From Thermoprotei archaeon (lineage in GTDB: Archaea; Thermoproteota; Thermoprotei; QMSL01): a stretch of DNA of 64,000 bases. The DNA lies in assembly GCA_003650925.1 (NCBI GenBank), contig QMSP01000006.1, forward strand, positions 18,971 through 82,970, read 5' to 3'. The notes under the pieces were generated by a model. It was not told the origin of the DNA and searched no databases. It was given only the letters and a program-made list of their open reading frames with translations. Positions 21,267 to 31,987 of this stretch are shown here, in pieces (the stretch's first letter is position 1; every line of letters begins with the position of its first letter). The translations under genes were made by a program, and so were the position numbers.

Positions 21267-22715
21267 ATGGTTCCTCCTCTCAAGAGGATCGAGAGTCTAG
21301 TGTGGGAGATCCCTAAAGGCTATAAGCGAGGGATGAAGGTACCTGGCAGAGTATTTGCTGATGAATTCCTTCTTGAGAAGATGAAGTCAGACCTTACACT
21401 TGAACAATGCGCTAATGTTGCGTGCTTGCCTGGCATATATAAATACGCCATAGTCCTACCTGATGGGCATCAAGGCTATGGATTTCCAATAGGCGGAGTA
21501 GCTGCCATGGATGCTGAGGAAGGTGTCATCAGTCCTGGAGGAGTAGGCTACGATATAAACTGTGGAGTACGCTTGATAAGAACTAATCTCACAGCTGATG
21601 ATGTAAGGCCCAGGTTGAAGGAGCTAATAACATTGATCTTCCAGCTTGTACCAGCAGGGCTTGGAGGTACTGGAAAGATAAGGTTGAGCATCTCAGAGCT
21701 CGACAAAGTATTGGCATCAGGAGTTGAGTGGGCCATTGAAAATGGATATGGATGGCACGAAGATGCTGACTTCTGTGAGGAAAGAGGATGTATGGAGAAG
21801 GCTGACCCCTCAAAGGTATCAGATAGGGCTAAGAATAGAGGGAGAAATCAGCTCGGCACGCTTGGCAGCGGCAATCACTTCCTTGAGATACAGGTTGTCG
21901 ATAAGATATACGACCCAGAGGCAGCTAAGGTGATGGGTATTGAACATGAAGGACAAGTAATGGTGATGATTCACACAGGTAGCAGAGGATTTGGTCATCA
22001 AGTATGTGATGATTACCTTAGGGTAATGAGAAGGGCTGTACGCAGATACAACATATACCTGCCTGACGAGGAGCTTGTATGCGCACCAGCTGATAGTCCG
22101 GAGGCCGAGGATTACTTCGCAGCCATGTCATGTGCATGTAACTTCGCCTGGGCTAATAGACAATGCATAACTCACTGGACGAGAGAAGCCTTTGAGCGAG
22201 TATTTAAGACTGATGCAGAGGACCTAGGTATGCATCTTATCTACGATGTTGCACATAACATTGCCAAGTTAGAGGAACACTATGTGGATGGCAGAAGAGT
22301 TAAAGTCTTCGTACACCGAAAAGGAGCCACCAGGGCATTTCCACCTGGCCATCCGGCAATACCTGCTAAATATCGTTCAATAGGCCAACCAGTGCTCATA
22401 CCGGGAAGCATGGGCACAGCCTCTTATGTGCTTAAGGGCACTAAGAAGGCTATGGAGATAACATTTGGCTCTACAGCACATGGTGCTGGAAGAATGCTTA
22501 GTCGAGAAGCTGCTAAGAGAAGATACTGGGGCTCTAGGGTTATTCAAGAGCTGGAGTCAAGAGGCATTATAGTCAAAGCGGCTAGTTTACGAGTAGCTGC
22601 TGAGGAAGCTCCTGGAGCCTATAAGGATGTAGATAAAGTGGCCGATGTTAGCCATCGTGTAGGCATAGCTCTTAAAGTCGCCAGGCTAGTGCCATTGGCA
22701 GTAGCTAAAGGATAG
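21267..22715 (+). CDS. rtcB: tRNA-splicing ligase RtcB
   Basis: [39 protein letters not shown]. Confidence 0.98.
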   Translation: MVPPLKRIESLVWEIPKGYKRGMKVPGRVFADEFLLEKMKSDLTLEQCANVACLPGIYKYAIVLPDGHQGYGFPIGGVAAMDAEEGVISPGGVGYDINCGVRLIRTNLTADDVRPRLKELITLIFQLVPAGLGGTGKIRLSISELDKVLASGVEWAIENGYGWHEDADFCEERGCMEKADPSKVSDRAKNRGRNQLGTLGSGNHFLEIQVVDKIYDPEAAKVMGIEHEGQVMVMIHTGSRGFGHQVCDDYLRVMRRAVRRYNIYLPDEELVCAPADSPEAEDYFAAMSCACNFAWANRQCITHWTREAFERVFKTDAEDLGMHLIYDVAHNIAKLEEHYVDGRRVKVFVHRKGATRAFPPGHPAIPAKYRSIGQPVLIPGSMGTASYVLKGTKKAMEITFGSTAHGAGRMLSREAAKRRYWGSRVIQELESRGIIVKAASLRVAAEEAPGAYKDVDKVADVSHRVGIALKVARLVPLAVAKG

Positions 22716-23333
22716 CTATCTTGACGCTAAGGCTATCCTCTCTATCTCATCCTTCTGTCTAATTGCATAGCTCCTTGGATCGTTCTTTGCTGCTAATATT
22801 ATCTCCTCCGCTAGACACTCCTCTATGCTCTTTGGATTGCTAAATGCAGCTTGTCGCGCTCCCTCTGTTATGAACCTGAGAGCAAGATCAACTCTTCTTT
22901 GTGGAGATACGTCTACAGCTACGTGGTATACTATGCCTCCATAAGCTATCCTAGTGGTTTCCTCACGAGGAGCAGCATTCTCTATGGCCCTTACAAGCAC
23001 CTGCAATGGATTCTCTCCTGTTCTAAGATATATTATGTCGAAGGCTCTCTTTACTATGTTATAGGCTAGATGCTTCTTCCCAGTATTCTTTCCAGGCCTC
23101 ATAAGTTTGTTAATCAGTCTTTCAACTATGGGGACTTCTGCCTTCCCAAAGCGCTTTTTAGCATGCCTTCCTCCTGTATGCGGAAGATAGACAGGTTTCA
23201 GGCAAATGTACCTTCTCAGCCCTGGATCTCGTATCTCTATATCCTCATAACTCCACTTACCAAAGAGCTTGATCTCAGGCTCCTTCCTTTCCTCAGCCTG
23301 ACTTTCCTCCTTCTTCGTCTTCTTGCTCATCAC
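22716..23333 (-). CDS. rps7: 30S ribosomal protein S7
   Basis: [29 protein letters not shown]. Confidence 0.97.
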   Translation of the reverse strand: MMSKKTKKEESQAEERKEPEIKLFGKWSYEDIEIRDPGLRRYICLKPVYLPHTGGRHAKKRFGKAEVPIVERLINKLMRPGKNTGKKHLAYNIVKRAFDIIYLRTGENPLQVLVRAIENAAPREETTRIAYGGIVYHVAVDVSPQRRVDLALRFITEGARQAAFSNPKSIEECLAEEIILAAKNDPRSYAIRQKDEIERIALASR

Positions 23334-23473
23334 AGCTCACCTGTCGCGCGGCTTAGACTTCTACTTGGTGTATTTTAAGCTTAACTCCACTACGCAATAT
23401 ACCTCACACTAAGTTTACAAATACGTATATTAAACCCTTGAGGATGTATTCTTGGAAAGCTCAGGTGATAGTA

Positions 23474-24451
23474 ATGAGCGAAATACTGTGGACTGAGAAA
23501 TATCGTCCTCGCAAGCTAGATGAAATAATAGACCAGGAGGAGGTTGTTGCTAGACTGAAGCAGTTTGTTAGAGAGAGGAATATACCTCACCTTCTATTTG
23601 CAGGTCCTCCTGGAACTGGTAAAACTACTGCGGCTTTATGCCTAGCCTACGAATTATATGGTGATAGGTGGAGAGACAATGTACTTGAGCTTAATGCCTC
23701 TGATGAAAGAGGCATTCAGACTATTAGAGCGCGAGTTAAGGAGTATGCGAGAACGGTAGCTCTAGGAGAGGTCCCCTTCAAACTAATAATACTTGATGAA
23801 GCAGACAATATGACTAGTGATGCACAGCAAGCTCTTAGAAGAATCATGGAGCTCTATACAGCAACTGCGCGTTTCTGCCTCATAGCCAACTATCCCTCCA
23901 AGATAATAGAGCCTATTCAGTCGCGCTGTGCTTTCTTCAGATTTCAGCCTTTAAAGAAGGAACATGTCATTGAGCGCCTTAGGTATATTGCTCAGCAGGA
24001 GGGAGTCGAGGTAACTGAAGATGGCCTTGAAGCTATATGGGAAGTCTCAGAGGGTGACATGAGGAGAGCTATAAACACTCTTCAAGCAGCAGCTGCGCTT
24101 GGAAGAGTGGACGCTGATGCGGTCTATAGAGTTGTAGGAAGAGCTAAGCCCAAGGAGGTAGCTGAGATGCTTGCACTAGCCCTTAAAGGTAACTTCCTGG
24201 AGGCCAGAAGGAAGCTAAGAGAGCTGATGATAAACTATGGACTTTCAGGTGTCGACATCATAAAACAAGTGCACAGGGAGATAATGAGTCCACGCTCTGC
24301 CCTTAAGATACCTGAAGATGTGAAAGTGGAGCTAGCGGATCTAGCAGGCGAAATAGAGTTTAGAATGGTTGAGGGAGCTGATGATGAGATACAACTCTCA
24401 GCCTTCTTAGCTAAGTTAGCTCTTATAGGAAGACGTCTTTACAAAGGCTGA
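23474..24451 (+). CDS. rfcS: Replication factor C small subunit
   Basis: [30 protein letters not shown]. Confidence 0.97.
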   Translation: MSEILWTEKYRPRKLDEIIDQEEVVARLKQFVRERNIPHLLFAGPPGTGKTTAALCLAYELYGDRWRDNVLELNASDERGIQTIRARVKEYARTVALGEVPFKLIILDEADNMTSDAQQALRRIMELYTATARFCLIANYPSKIIEPIQSRCAFFRFQPLKKEHVIERLRYIAQQEGVEVTEDGLEAIWEVSEGDMRRAINTLQAAAALGRVDADAVYRVVGRAKPKEVAEMLALALKGNFLEARRKLRELMINYGLSGVDIIKQVHREIMSPRSALKIPEDVKVELADLAGEIEFRMVEGADDEIQLSAFLAKLALIGRRLYKG

Positions 24452-24456
24452 GATCT

Positions 24457-25731
24457 ATGAGTGCCAGAGCAAGCCTTAGACTTCCCTGGGTCGAGAAATA
24501 CCGTCCTCGAAGATTAGCAGATATGGTAGGCAATGCTAGCGCTATAAGGGAGATCGTGGCTTGGCTTAAGAGCTGGGAGAAAGGCATTCCTGAAAAGAGA
24601 GCTCTTCTCATCTATGGACCTCCTGGCGTAGGCAAGACTACATTAGTGCATGTACTGGCTAGGGAATTTGGCTATGAGCTCATAGAGATGAATGCTAGTG
24701 ACTTGAGGAGAGCTGAGGATATAAGAAGAATAGCTCGAGCCGCTGACATAGGCTCTCTCTTTGGCTCAAGAGGCAGAATAATATTCTTCGATGAAGTTGA
24801 TGGAATGAGTGGAACTGAGGATCGAGGAGGTCTGGCTGAGATAATGGAGGTCATAAAGGAGACTCGTATTCCCATAATACTCGCTGCCAACGACCCTTGG
24901 GATCCTAGATTTCGCCCTCTAAGAGACTTATGCAAGATGGTACGAATGGACAGGCCTAGGCCAAGCGATATTGTAAAGCTTCTCAGGAGGATATGTCTTG
25001 CTGAGGGTATAAAGGCAGACCCTGCTGCTTTAAGAGTTATTGCCGAGAACGCAGAGGGGGATATACGGTCTGCGATAAATGACCTTGAAGCAATAGCTGA
25101 AGGAAGGAAAGTGATAACAGTAGATGATGTTCGCCACTTAGCCAAGCGCAATAGACAACATGACGCCTTCGCAACCCTGAAGATGTTATTCTCTGCCAGG
25201 CGATGTGACCAAGCGAAAGCTATCCTGAGTCAATCTCTTCTCGACTACGATATGTTACTTCAATGGATTCATGAAAATCTTCCCTATCAATACAAAGACC
25301 CTGAGGAGCTTGCCAAAGCATATGAAGCTCTGTCCAAAGCCGATATGTATTTTGGAAGAATAGTAAAAACTCAGAACTGGGGTCTTCTCAGCTATGCCCT
25401 TGAGATGATGACAGCTGGCGTAGCCATGGCTAGGAAGCGTCCTTACCGATTTGTAAAATATCAATTTCCTCAGCGCATACTGCTCATGGCTAAGACAAAG
25501 GAAGTTAGACGCCTACGTGAGGAGATATGTCGCCGCATAGCATCGAAGTGTCACGTCTCCAGGAAGTGTGCTAATGCCGAGGTCCTCCCCTTCCTTAGAG
25601 TCATATTCGAGGGCAATCCAAAAATGGCTGCTGGCATAGCTAAATGGCTAGACCTTAGTGAGGATATGATAAGGTTCATCGTGGGAGATCGCAGAAAAGC
25701 GAAGGAGATAGTCAAGTACATGAGGAAATAG
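24457..25731 (+). CDS. rfcL: Replication factor C large subunit
   Basis: PWVEKYRP, GPPGVGKT, EMNASD, DEVDG. Confidence 0.95.
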   Translation: MSARASLRLPWVEKYRPRRLADMVGNASAIREIVAWLKSWEKGIPEKRALLIYGPPGVGKTTLVHVLAREFGYELIEMNASDLRRAEDIRRIARAADIGSLFGSRGRIIFFDEVDGMSGTEDRGGLAEIMEVIKETRIPIILAANDPWDPRFRPLRDLCKMVRMDRPRPSDIVKLLRRICLAEGIKADPAALRVIAENAEGDIRSAINDLEAIAEGRKVITVDDVRHLAKRNRQHDAFATLKMLFSARRCDQAKAILSQSLLDYDMLLQWIHENLPYQYKDPEELAKAYEALSKADMYFGRIVKTQNWGLLSYALEMMTAGVAMARKRPYRFVKYQFPQRILLMAKTKEVRRLREEICRRIASKCHVSRKCANAEVLPFLRVIFEGNPKMAAGIAKWLDLSEDMIRFIVGDRRKAKEIVKYMRK

Positions 25732-26554
25732 AGTTCTCAAATGCCCTTCTCATTACATCATAGACCTTTCCAAGCGTGTAGAACTTGTACACCTTATCAG
25801 TCAAGATCCTTATCACTCTGAGAAGAGTGACTCTATCCACCTTGAAGACTACATTCTTATACGTTACATTCCATAATATCAGCCCCTCAGGAGGAGCGAG
25901 TCCAAGACCTTTTATCAGCTTTCGCTCCCTCAGAGCGTATTCAAGCTCTTTTATCAATAACTCCCCTCTTCCAACTTTAAGAAGCGCCATAACACAGGCC
26001 CTTATTAACCCTCTATAGAAGCCTGGCCCTTTCACATCAACCTCTATAAATCCATCCCTCACATTAACCTCTATGGACATGCTCCTTATGCTCTGCTCAT
26101 CACTTACTCCTAAAAAGCTATAGTCGTGAGTCCCACTCAGAACATGAGCTGCTCTTTTCATAGATTGAACATCCTCTCCCATGTAAGGTGCAAGGTATTT
26201 GTAATGCCTAGTCAGAGCATCTCGTCTTGGATTAAAATCTGGGCTGACGAGACTGAAAGCCCACATGCATGCCTTTGGCAACAACCTTCTGTTGATCCTC
26301 ATGGGTCTATTGATAATCTCCAAAGCCAAGTCCCTATCCGTGGTAAAGGCCACTACCTGACCTAGCGCACTAACCCCCCTATCAGTTCTACTTGCATGAG
26401 CCCACCTTGCCTCCTTTGGATCATCCACTATGCCCTCATCCATGAGGGCTCTTAAGAGGAAGTCCTCTACCGTCTCCCCATGAGGCTGTCGTTGAAATCC
26501 TCTGAAACATGTGCCATCGTAATATACCTTAGCTGCTACTCTCTGTCTTCTCAT
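25712..26554 (-). CDS. truA: tRNA pseudouridine(38-40) synthase
   Basis: YDGTCFRGFQRQP, SRTDRGVSALGQV, GTHDYS, APPEGL. Confidence 0.92.
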   Translation of the reverse strand: MRRQRVAAKVYYDGTCFRGFQRQPHGETVEDFLLRALMDEGIVDDPKEARWAHASRTDRGVSALGQVVAFTTDRDLALEIINRPMRINRRLLPKACMWAFSLVSPDFNPRRDALTRHYKYLAPYMGEDVQSMKRAAHVLSGTHDYSFLGVSDEQSIRSMSIEVNVRDGFIEVDVKGPGFYRGLIRACVMALLKVGRGELLIKELEYALRERKLIKGLGLAPPEGLILWNVTYKNVVFKVDRVTLLRVIRILTDKVYKFYTLGKVYDVMRRAFENSISSCT

Positions 26555-26846
26555 AGCTCCTCCTATACTCCTCAAATACCTTGAAGAGCTCCTTAAGCGC
26601 TTTTGCTCTAGGATCCTCCTCTCTGAACCTGAATATTCTTATTCTTCCAAAATTTTTCTCCTCTACAAGACCTGCTCTCTTTAAACTCTCAAGGTGAGCA
26701 AGTGTTGCAGAATGGTTAAGCTCAGCTCTTCTTGCTATCTCTGATATATTCAATTCACCTTTCTCAGCTAGAATTCTCAATATCCTTATCCTTCCTTTAG
26801 AGGAGAGAACCTCCTCTACAGGAAGAGCCTTATCTTCCTGTCTCAC
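26529..26846 (-). CDS. ArsR-family winged-helix regulator
   Basis: SKGRIRIL...ELNISEIARR...HLESLKRAGLVEE. Confidence 0.85.
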   Translation of the reverse strand: MRQEDKALPVEEVLSSKGRIRILRILAEKGELNISEIARRAELNHSATLAHLESLKRAGLVEEKNFGRIRIFRFREEDPRAKALKELFKVFEEYRRSYEKTESSS

Positions 26847-28044
26847 GTCTTAACACCTCTTCAACATATTTTTCAATAACATTGGTAGGAGCATCCTGAA
26901 AGCTTATCAGAGTTGTCTTTCCTCTATAACCTGGCCCAGAGATCCTCGTTGATATTATACCTACTTTCTTCAAATTCTGTACATAGCTCCAGACCTGGGT
27001 ATGTCTTCTAGGCCTCTCCCCCCACTCCTCACATACGAGCCTATATTCACGCTCAACAACTCCTACGGGCACATAAGCTCTCTGTGTTCTCTTGAGAGCA
27101 CGTGCAATAGCCAGTAATAATAACTTCTCATGCTTGGTAAGGTCTCCAACCAAATCCATTCTAAGTGATGGGTGAATGTCTCTCTTAGCTCTCCTAACGT
27201 GATCTGGAGTTACTAGAGTGGCAGATTCATTTTCTGCATACTTCCCTGCCCTCCAGAGAAGCTCTAGTGCATACCTTGCATCTCCTGGTCCGCCCATGTC
27301 AACTCCTGCTATGTCAGCTATGAGCTTCAGGGCTTCAGAGCTTACTGCTCCTTCCTTGAAGGCGAGCTCTGCTCTCTGCTCTATTATGTCATGAATCTGC
27401 TCTGACGTGTAGGGCTCAAACTTCACTATATTGTGCATTAACACACTAGTTATGCTAGCGTCTAGAGCTGGGAGCACCGATGTATCTCTCATGATAAGGA
27501 TGAAGCTGAACCTTTGTTTATCCTCGACATACTCTTCAGTTATTCTTAGAAGGTCATAGAGAGCTTCATCTTCGCTATATCTTATTAAGTAGTCGGCTTC
27601 ATCAAGCGCTACGAGAGCATACCAGTCCTTATCGTCTAGAACTTGCTTGACAACGTGCATCATCTCCTGAGGAGCTAGGCCTCTATTGGGAATGGCTGGA
27701 GATATTTCACTCGCTATTCTTCTCATAACCAGGAATAGCCTTCTATCCTTATGACAGTTTACATGAACATATCTTATCACTATTCCTTTCTCTTTTGCAT
27801 ACTTTTCGAATTCTATACCAAATCTCTTTGAGACAGCAGTTTTTCCAGTTCCTACTGGCCCTATCAAAAGCGCCTTCTGGCTCACACTACCTGGCCTATC
27901 TATGAGCACTCTGAATATTCTTGCCAAGGCTCTAAGCTGTTCACTCCTATGAGGCAGATATTCTGGAACATAGTCTGGAAAAAGCTTGCTCTCATCCTTG
28001 AATATAGATGACCTCTCTAGTTCTTTTTTTATGATCTCAAACAC
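26830..28044 (-). CDS. cdc6: Orc1/Cdc6 family replication initiation protein
   Basis: DYVPEYLPHR, GPVGTGKT, VHVNC, LDEAD, GDARYALELL, C-terminal wH. Confidence 0.95.
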   Translation of the reverse strand: MFEIIKKELERSSIFKDESKLFPDYVPEYLPHRSEQLRALARIFRVLIDRPGSVSQKALLIGPVGTGKTAVSKRFGIEFEKYAKEKGIVIRYVHVNCHKDRRLFLVMRRIASEISPAIPNRGLAPQEMMHVVKQVLDDKDWYALVALDEADYLIRYSEDEALYDLLRITEEYVEDKQRFSFILIMRDTSVLPALDASITSVLMHNIVKFEPYTSEQIHDIIEQRAELAFKEGAVSSEALKLIADIAGVDMGGPGDARYALELLWRAGKYAENESATLVTPDHVRRAKRDIHPSLRMDLVGDLTKHEKLLLLAIARALKRTQRAYVPVGVVEREYRLVCEEWGERPRRHTQVWSYVQNLKKVGIISTRISGPGYRGKTTLISFQDAPTNVIEKYVEEVLRRETGR

Positions 28045-28166
28045 ATTTCTTGCCTCCGCTATCCTTATATAGGCTTTCTTCTACCCCCCATTTATATTTT
28101 TCCTTCGATTGATGAGACTGTAAGGCGAGAGATAGCCGAAAGTATTCTCCCAGTATTACCAGACTA

Positions 28167-28700
28167 TCATAGCTCTCCTCGTACCTTCTTCCTAACTAGT
28201 TCATCAGGGCCTATTATAGAGATGAAAGCAGCTTCTCCAAGTACTTGGACCATGACTATGTACGAGGGATTCCTCAGCTTAACTTTCACCCCTTCTATAC
28301 TCTCTCTTATCATACGTCCTAGTTCTCTTTCAAACTCTGAGCTGTTCTTGATCACTTTTCCTCTCTTCCTGCATCTTACGGCAAAGGTAACGCCACTTGG
28401 TATTTTACTTTTAGCCAATTCAAGACATAGCTTCTTTAGTGAACTCTCATCACATGTCCTTAATATAAGGTCTACTGGTATAATCCTGTATATGTATGCT
28501 GTACTCCTCACTCTTAGTAGCTCTATTGCCTCTTTCCTTCTAATGTTCTTCAGCTTGACTAAAAGATTATTGGTAGATACCTTCTCGACTTTGACTTCAG
28601 GGTCAAAAGGATATAGCGTATCGAGTATTTCTACCTTGGCCAATTCCTCCTTTCTATGCTTGGTAGTTACTAGTAGGAACTCTCCTTTCTTCATGTTCAC
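28167..28700 (-). CDS. THUMP-domain RNA-binding protein
   Basis: TFAVRCRKRG...ERELGR...VKLRNPSYIVMVQV. Confidence 0.85.
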   Translation of the reverse strand: MNMKKGEFLLVTTKHRKEELAKVEILDTLYPFDPEVKVEKVSTNNLLVKLKNIRRKEAIELLRVRSTAYIYRIIPVDLILRTCDESSLKKLCLELAKSKIPSGVTFAVRCRKRGKVIKNSSEFERELGRMIRESIEGVKVKLRNPSYIVMVQVLGEAAFISIIGPDELVRKKVRGEL

Positions 28701-28736
28701 AAAGCTTAACCTCCTGATTGCTATAAGAGTTTAGTC

Positions 28737-29393
28737 GTGAGTCGAATAAAGGCGCTACTAGTCGACTTAGATGGAACCCTCGTCGATTCAAAGGAAGCTG
28801 ATGTCCTGGCATCTCTTGAAGCACTCAGGAGACGAGGCTTCATGGTGTCAAGAGAAAGTCTAGAGCCCCTATTTGGCTTCAGGGATGAAGAAATATATCG
28901 TAGAGTTCTTGGGATAACTGATGACAATCTTCTTAGATTCCTAGTCAAGGAGAAGTTAAAGCTATTCTTCGATAAATATATATTGAAAGTCAAGCCAATG
29001 TCTGGCGCACGTGAACTTCTAAGGTATGCTAAGAGTCAAGGTCTCAAGATATGTGTAGTGACCTCAAGTGATAGGGAGCTAGCCCTGCGAGAGCTGATAG
29101 TAACGTCTCTACTGTCCTACATAGACCTCATGGTAACTGCCGATATGGTTAAAAGATCCAAGCCATCTCCGGAACCAATCTTGAAGGCCTTAAGCCTTCT
29201 CGAACTTCGTGCAGAGGAAGTAGTCTATATGGGAGATACTGCTCTAGATCTGGAGGCTGCAATGGCTGCTGGAGTCAAGTACGTGATAGTACTTGACCAT
29301 GACAATATCGAGTCCAGACAACGGAATTTCATGAAGGCAAGAGATTTACATGAAGCTCTAGCCATACTCAAAGAACTCCTTAACACATCTTGA
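28737..29393 (+). CDS. HAD-family phosphatase
   Basis: DLDGTLVDS, KPSPEP, GDTALD. Confidence 0.92.
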   Translation: MSRIKALLVDLDGTLVDSKEADVLASLEALRRRGFMVSRESLEPLFGFRDEEIYRRVLGITDDNLLRFLVKEKLKLFFDKYILKVKPMSGARELLRYAKSQGLKICVVTSSDRELALRELIVTSLLSYIDLMVTADMVKRSKPSPEPILKALSLLELRAEEVVYMGDTALDLEAAMAAGVKYVIVLDHDNIESRQRNFMKARDLHEALAILKELLNTS

Positions 29394-29434
29394 TGAATAT
29401 CTAAAAGTTCATAGGCTCTGATTATAGCAAGGGG

Positions 29435-30148
29435 TTGATCTTGAGACTTAACAGACTGGAGTTGGCCAAGATGATAGAGCATACTATATTAAGGCCTGAT
29501 GCCACCCTCAATGACATCAAGCGGTACTGCCATGAAGCCCTAAGATATGGCTTTAGAGCAGTTTACGTTCCCCCCATCTATGTAAAGGATGCCTATGAAC
29601 TGCTAAAGGGGTCTGATGTGGTGGTGGGCAGTGTTGTCTCTTTTCCCTATGGTTTTTCAAAGACTAGCGGTAAAGTGCAGGAGGCCTTATCAATAGTAGA
29701 GGATGGATGTAAATGTGTCGATATGGTCATGAATATATGCTTATTCAAAGATGGCAGATATGCTGATGTAGAGGAGGACATAAGGTCAGTAGTGAAGGCT
29801 GTAAAGGAGGTAGATGAGGAAGTAGAGGTCAAGGTTATAATAGAGACCAGCCTATTGACACCAGCTGAGATAGCCATAGCAACAAAGCTAGTAGCCAAGG
29901 CAGGTGCTGATTTCGTAAAGACCTGCACAGGGAGAGGACCTCGTGGCGTGACAGTTGAAGATATAGCCATCATAAAAAGAACACTCTCTGAGATATGCAT
30001 GGTAGATAAGGTAGGGATAAAGGCATCAGGAAGCATCAGAGACCTTAATAAAATGGTAGAACTCATAAAAGCAGGAGCCTCTAGAATAGGGACAAGTACT
30101 GGCGTGAGGATAATAGAGGAAGTTAAAGCGAATTATGTAGACCTATAA
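29435..30148 (+). CDS. deoC: Deoxyribose-phosphate aldolase
   Basis: IEHTILRP, DMVMNI, KVIIET, ADFVKT, RIGTS. Confidence 0.92.
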   Translation: MILRLNRLELAKMIEHTILRPDATLNDIKRYCHEALRYGFRAVYVPPIYVKDAYELLKGSDVVVGSVVSFPYGFSKTSGKVQEALSIVEDGCKCVDMVMNICLFKDGRYADVEEDIRSVVKAVKEVDEEVEVKVIIETSLLTPAEIAIATKLVAKAGADFVKTCTGRGPRGVTVEDIAIIKRTLSEICMVDKVGIKASGSIRDLNKMVELIKAGASRIGTSTGVRIIEEVKANYVDL

Positions 30149-30759
30149 GCCCTCCTCAACATACTTTTTATCCTCCTTAATACCTTTCCTTGAGCTTCCT
30201 TGTATATGGGGATTAATTCATTATACCTCCTCTTAACTGCAACTTTCACATAGTATTTCCCTCTTCTTTCAGCGTATAGAGAGCAATAGTGTATAATACA
30301 TATCACGGGCTTTTCCTCCTCGGCCAGGATGCACCATCTTTTCTTCACATCGTAGAGTACACAGCTACCTGCTACTCCTTTATCAAGTCTAAACACCTTG
30401 ACATCACCAACATAGGATAGTCTAACATAGAACCAGTCAAGTAGGTCTACCTCTATTGGAAGCTTGTCTTTGAACTCCTCAATCTCATGCTCAAAGGCAA
30501 AGGCTCCTGACGATCTAGCACAACATCTGCCGCATCCTATACATACCATCCTATAAGCATTGTCGAGAACCTCCTTCTCTATAGGAGTGAAAGCTCTTTT
30601 ATCAACTATGGTAGGGGGCATTTTGAACACTGGAGTATACAAGTTCCACTCTTGGATGTAATAGGTGCCTATGAAGTACCTCTTTCTAAGGCTGGCCATG
30701 TATAGGAGGAAGTAGTTCCACTCCTCTTCCTCGCTTGGCCTTTTCAAGGCATAAAACAT
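30133..30759 (-). CDS. YkgJ-family cysteine-cluster protein
   Basis: CIGCGRCC...CVLYD...C...KPVIC. Confidence 0.8.
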   Translation of the reverse strand: MFYALKRPSEEEEWNYFLLYMASLRKRYFIGTYYIQEWNLYTPVFKMPPTIVDKRAFTPIEKEVLDNAYRMVCIGCGRCCARSSGAFAFEHEIEEFKDKLPIEVDLLDWFYVRLSYVGDVKVFRLDKGVAGSCVLYDVKKRWCILAEEEKPVICIIHYCSLYAERRGKYYVKVAVKRRYNELIPIYKEAQGKVLRRIKSMLRRAYRST

Positions 30760-30771
30760 CAGAAAGCCTCC

Positions 30772-30826
30772 TCAGCTACGGCCACAATCATCATTAATCC
30801 CTCAGCTAAGCCCGCCTTTTCATCAC
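30772..30826 (-). ncRNA. C/D box sRNA; both guides complementary to 16S rRNA
   Basis: GTGATGA-aaaggcgggcttag-CTGA-gggatta-ATGATGA-ttgtggccgtag-CTGA. Confidence 0.9.
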
Positions 30827-30853
30827 ACTCATTACGTATTTTGTAAAAGGGGG

Positions 30854-31738
30854 CTAATAAACATTGAGTGACTCCTCATCTTCTATGGGCTCAATATGAA
30901 TAACCACATCAACCACTCTTGGTATATTACTCAGAATGGCTTCCTCCACTTCATGTGCTATTCTATGGGCTTCTTCAACCTCTACCTGGCCATCAACTTG
31001 AATATGAAGATCCACGAAGATTTTGCCAGCCACTCTTCTTGTTCTTACAGCATGGCATCCTCTCACGCCTGGCACCGATAAGGCCACTTTTCTTACCTCC
31101 TCTCTGACATTGGCAGCCACGTCTAGAACCTCATAGCATAAGTCTACTAGATTTCTGATAATGCCATAGCTTAGCAGTCCTATTATGAGCAGTGTGGCTA
31201 ATATGTCGAAGAGTGGAGTCCACTTGACTGCAAGAATGATGTTAAAGAAGACAATACTGCTCTCTCCTACATCTGACAATATGTGTCTGACCTCTGCTTT
31301 AGCCGATATACTCTCAGTAGTTGCTCTTCTCAATACTACAAAAGATAACAACAGGATCAGGAATGATACAAAAGCATACCATATAGCGCTTACGTCTACT
31401 ACATGCACCAATTTCTCAACCACGACCTTACTCCAGAGCATGGTCGACAGAGCAACCAAGATGGAAGTCATTATGAGTATGCTCGTTATAAATGATAATG
31501 CCTCAATCCTCATGTGCCCATAGGGATGCTCCTCATCAGGTGGCTTCCTAGCCAAGGTACTAAATAGATACGCTAGCCCCAGAGAGATGACGTTTGCTAT
31601 TGAATCCAGTCCATCCGCCAACAAGGCTATACTGCCTGTGGTCAAGCCACCATGTACTCTTAGGAATATTGACGTGATGTTAAGCACTTGAGCTAGAATA
31701 AGCGCTCTTCTAGCCTTTGATATACTATCATCCTCCAT
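30854..31738 (-). CDS. Cation diffusion facilitator transporter
   Basis: GSIALLADGLDS, PPDEEHPYGH, HILSD, VDLHI, VVIHIEP. Confidence 0.93.
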   Translation of the reverse strand: MEDDSISKARRALILAQVLNITSIFLRVHGGLTTGSIALLADGLDSIANVISLGLAYLFSTLARKPPDEEHPYGHMRIEALSFITSILIMTSILVALSTMLWSKVVVEKLVHVVDVSAIWYAFVSFLILLLSFVVLRRATTESISAKAEVRHILSDVGESSIVFFNIILAVKWTPLFDILATLLIIGLLSYGIIRNLVDLCYEVLDVAANVREEVRKVALSVPGVRGCHAVRTRRVAGKIFVDLHIQVDGQVEVEEAHRIAHEVEEAILSNIPRVVDVVIHIEPIEDEESLNVY

Positions 31739-31958
31739 CTAGTATCTCAAGTATCTCAATGATGGTATCTTTCTCTATTCTGAAGCTTTTTGGGTCACTG
31801 ACTATCTCCTTTTCATGAGCGACGATCACAGCATCATATTTTATGTTCATCTTGTAAAGAGCTTCTGCTAAGGTTTCACCCTTCTTTACTTCCACTACTT
31901 CAATACGAGGCGGTATTTCATAGCTATGTATTACCTTGAGGGAAGGCATATTCAGCAC
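31728..31958 (-). CDS. Ubiquitin-like/ThiS-MoaD (SAMP-like) protein
   Basis: ~75 aa, beta-grasp-like size and pattern, C-terminal DGG; divergent from an E1-like gene. Confidence 0.7.
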   Translation of the reverse strand: MLNMPSLKVIHSYEIPPRIEVVEVKKGETLAEALYKMNIKYDAVIVAHEKEIVSDPKSFRIEKDTIIEILEILDGG

Positions 31959-31987
31959 CTGCCCACTCTGATCATGAGGTAGAGAAC

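Noticed and set aside
28045-28166. Replication origin beside cdc6
   Set aside because: Spacer is short with no repeated ORB boxes visible
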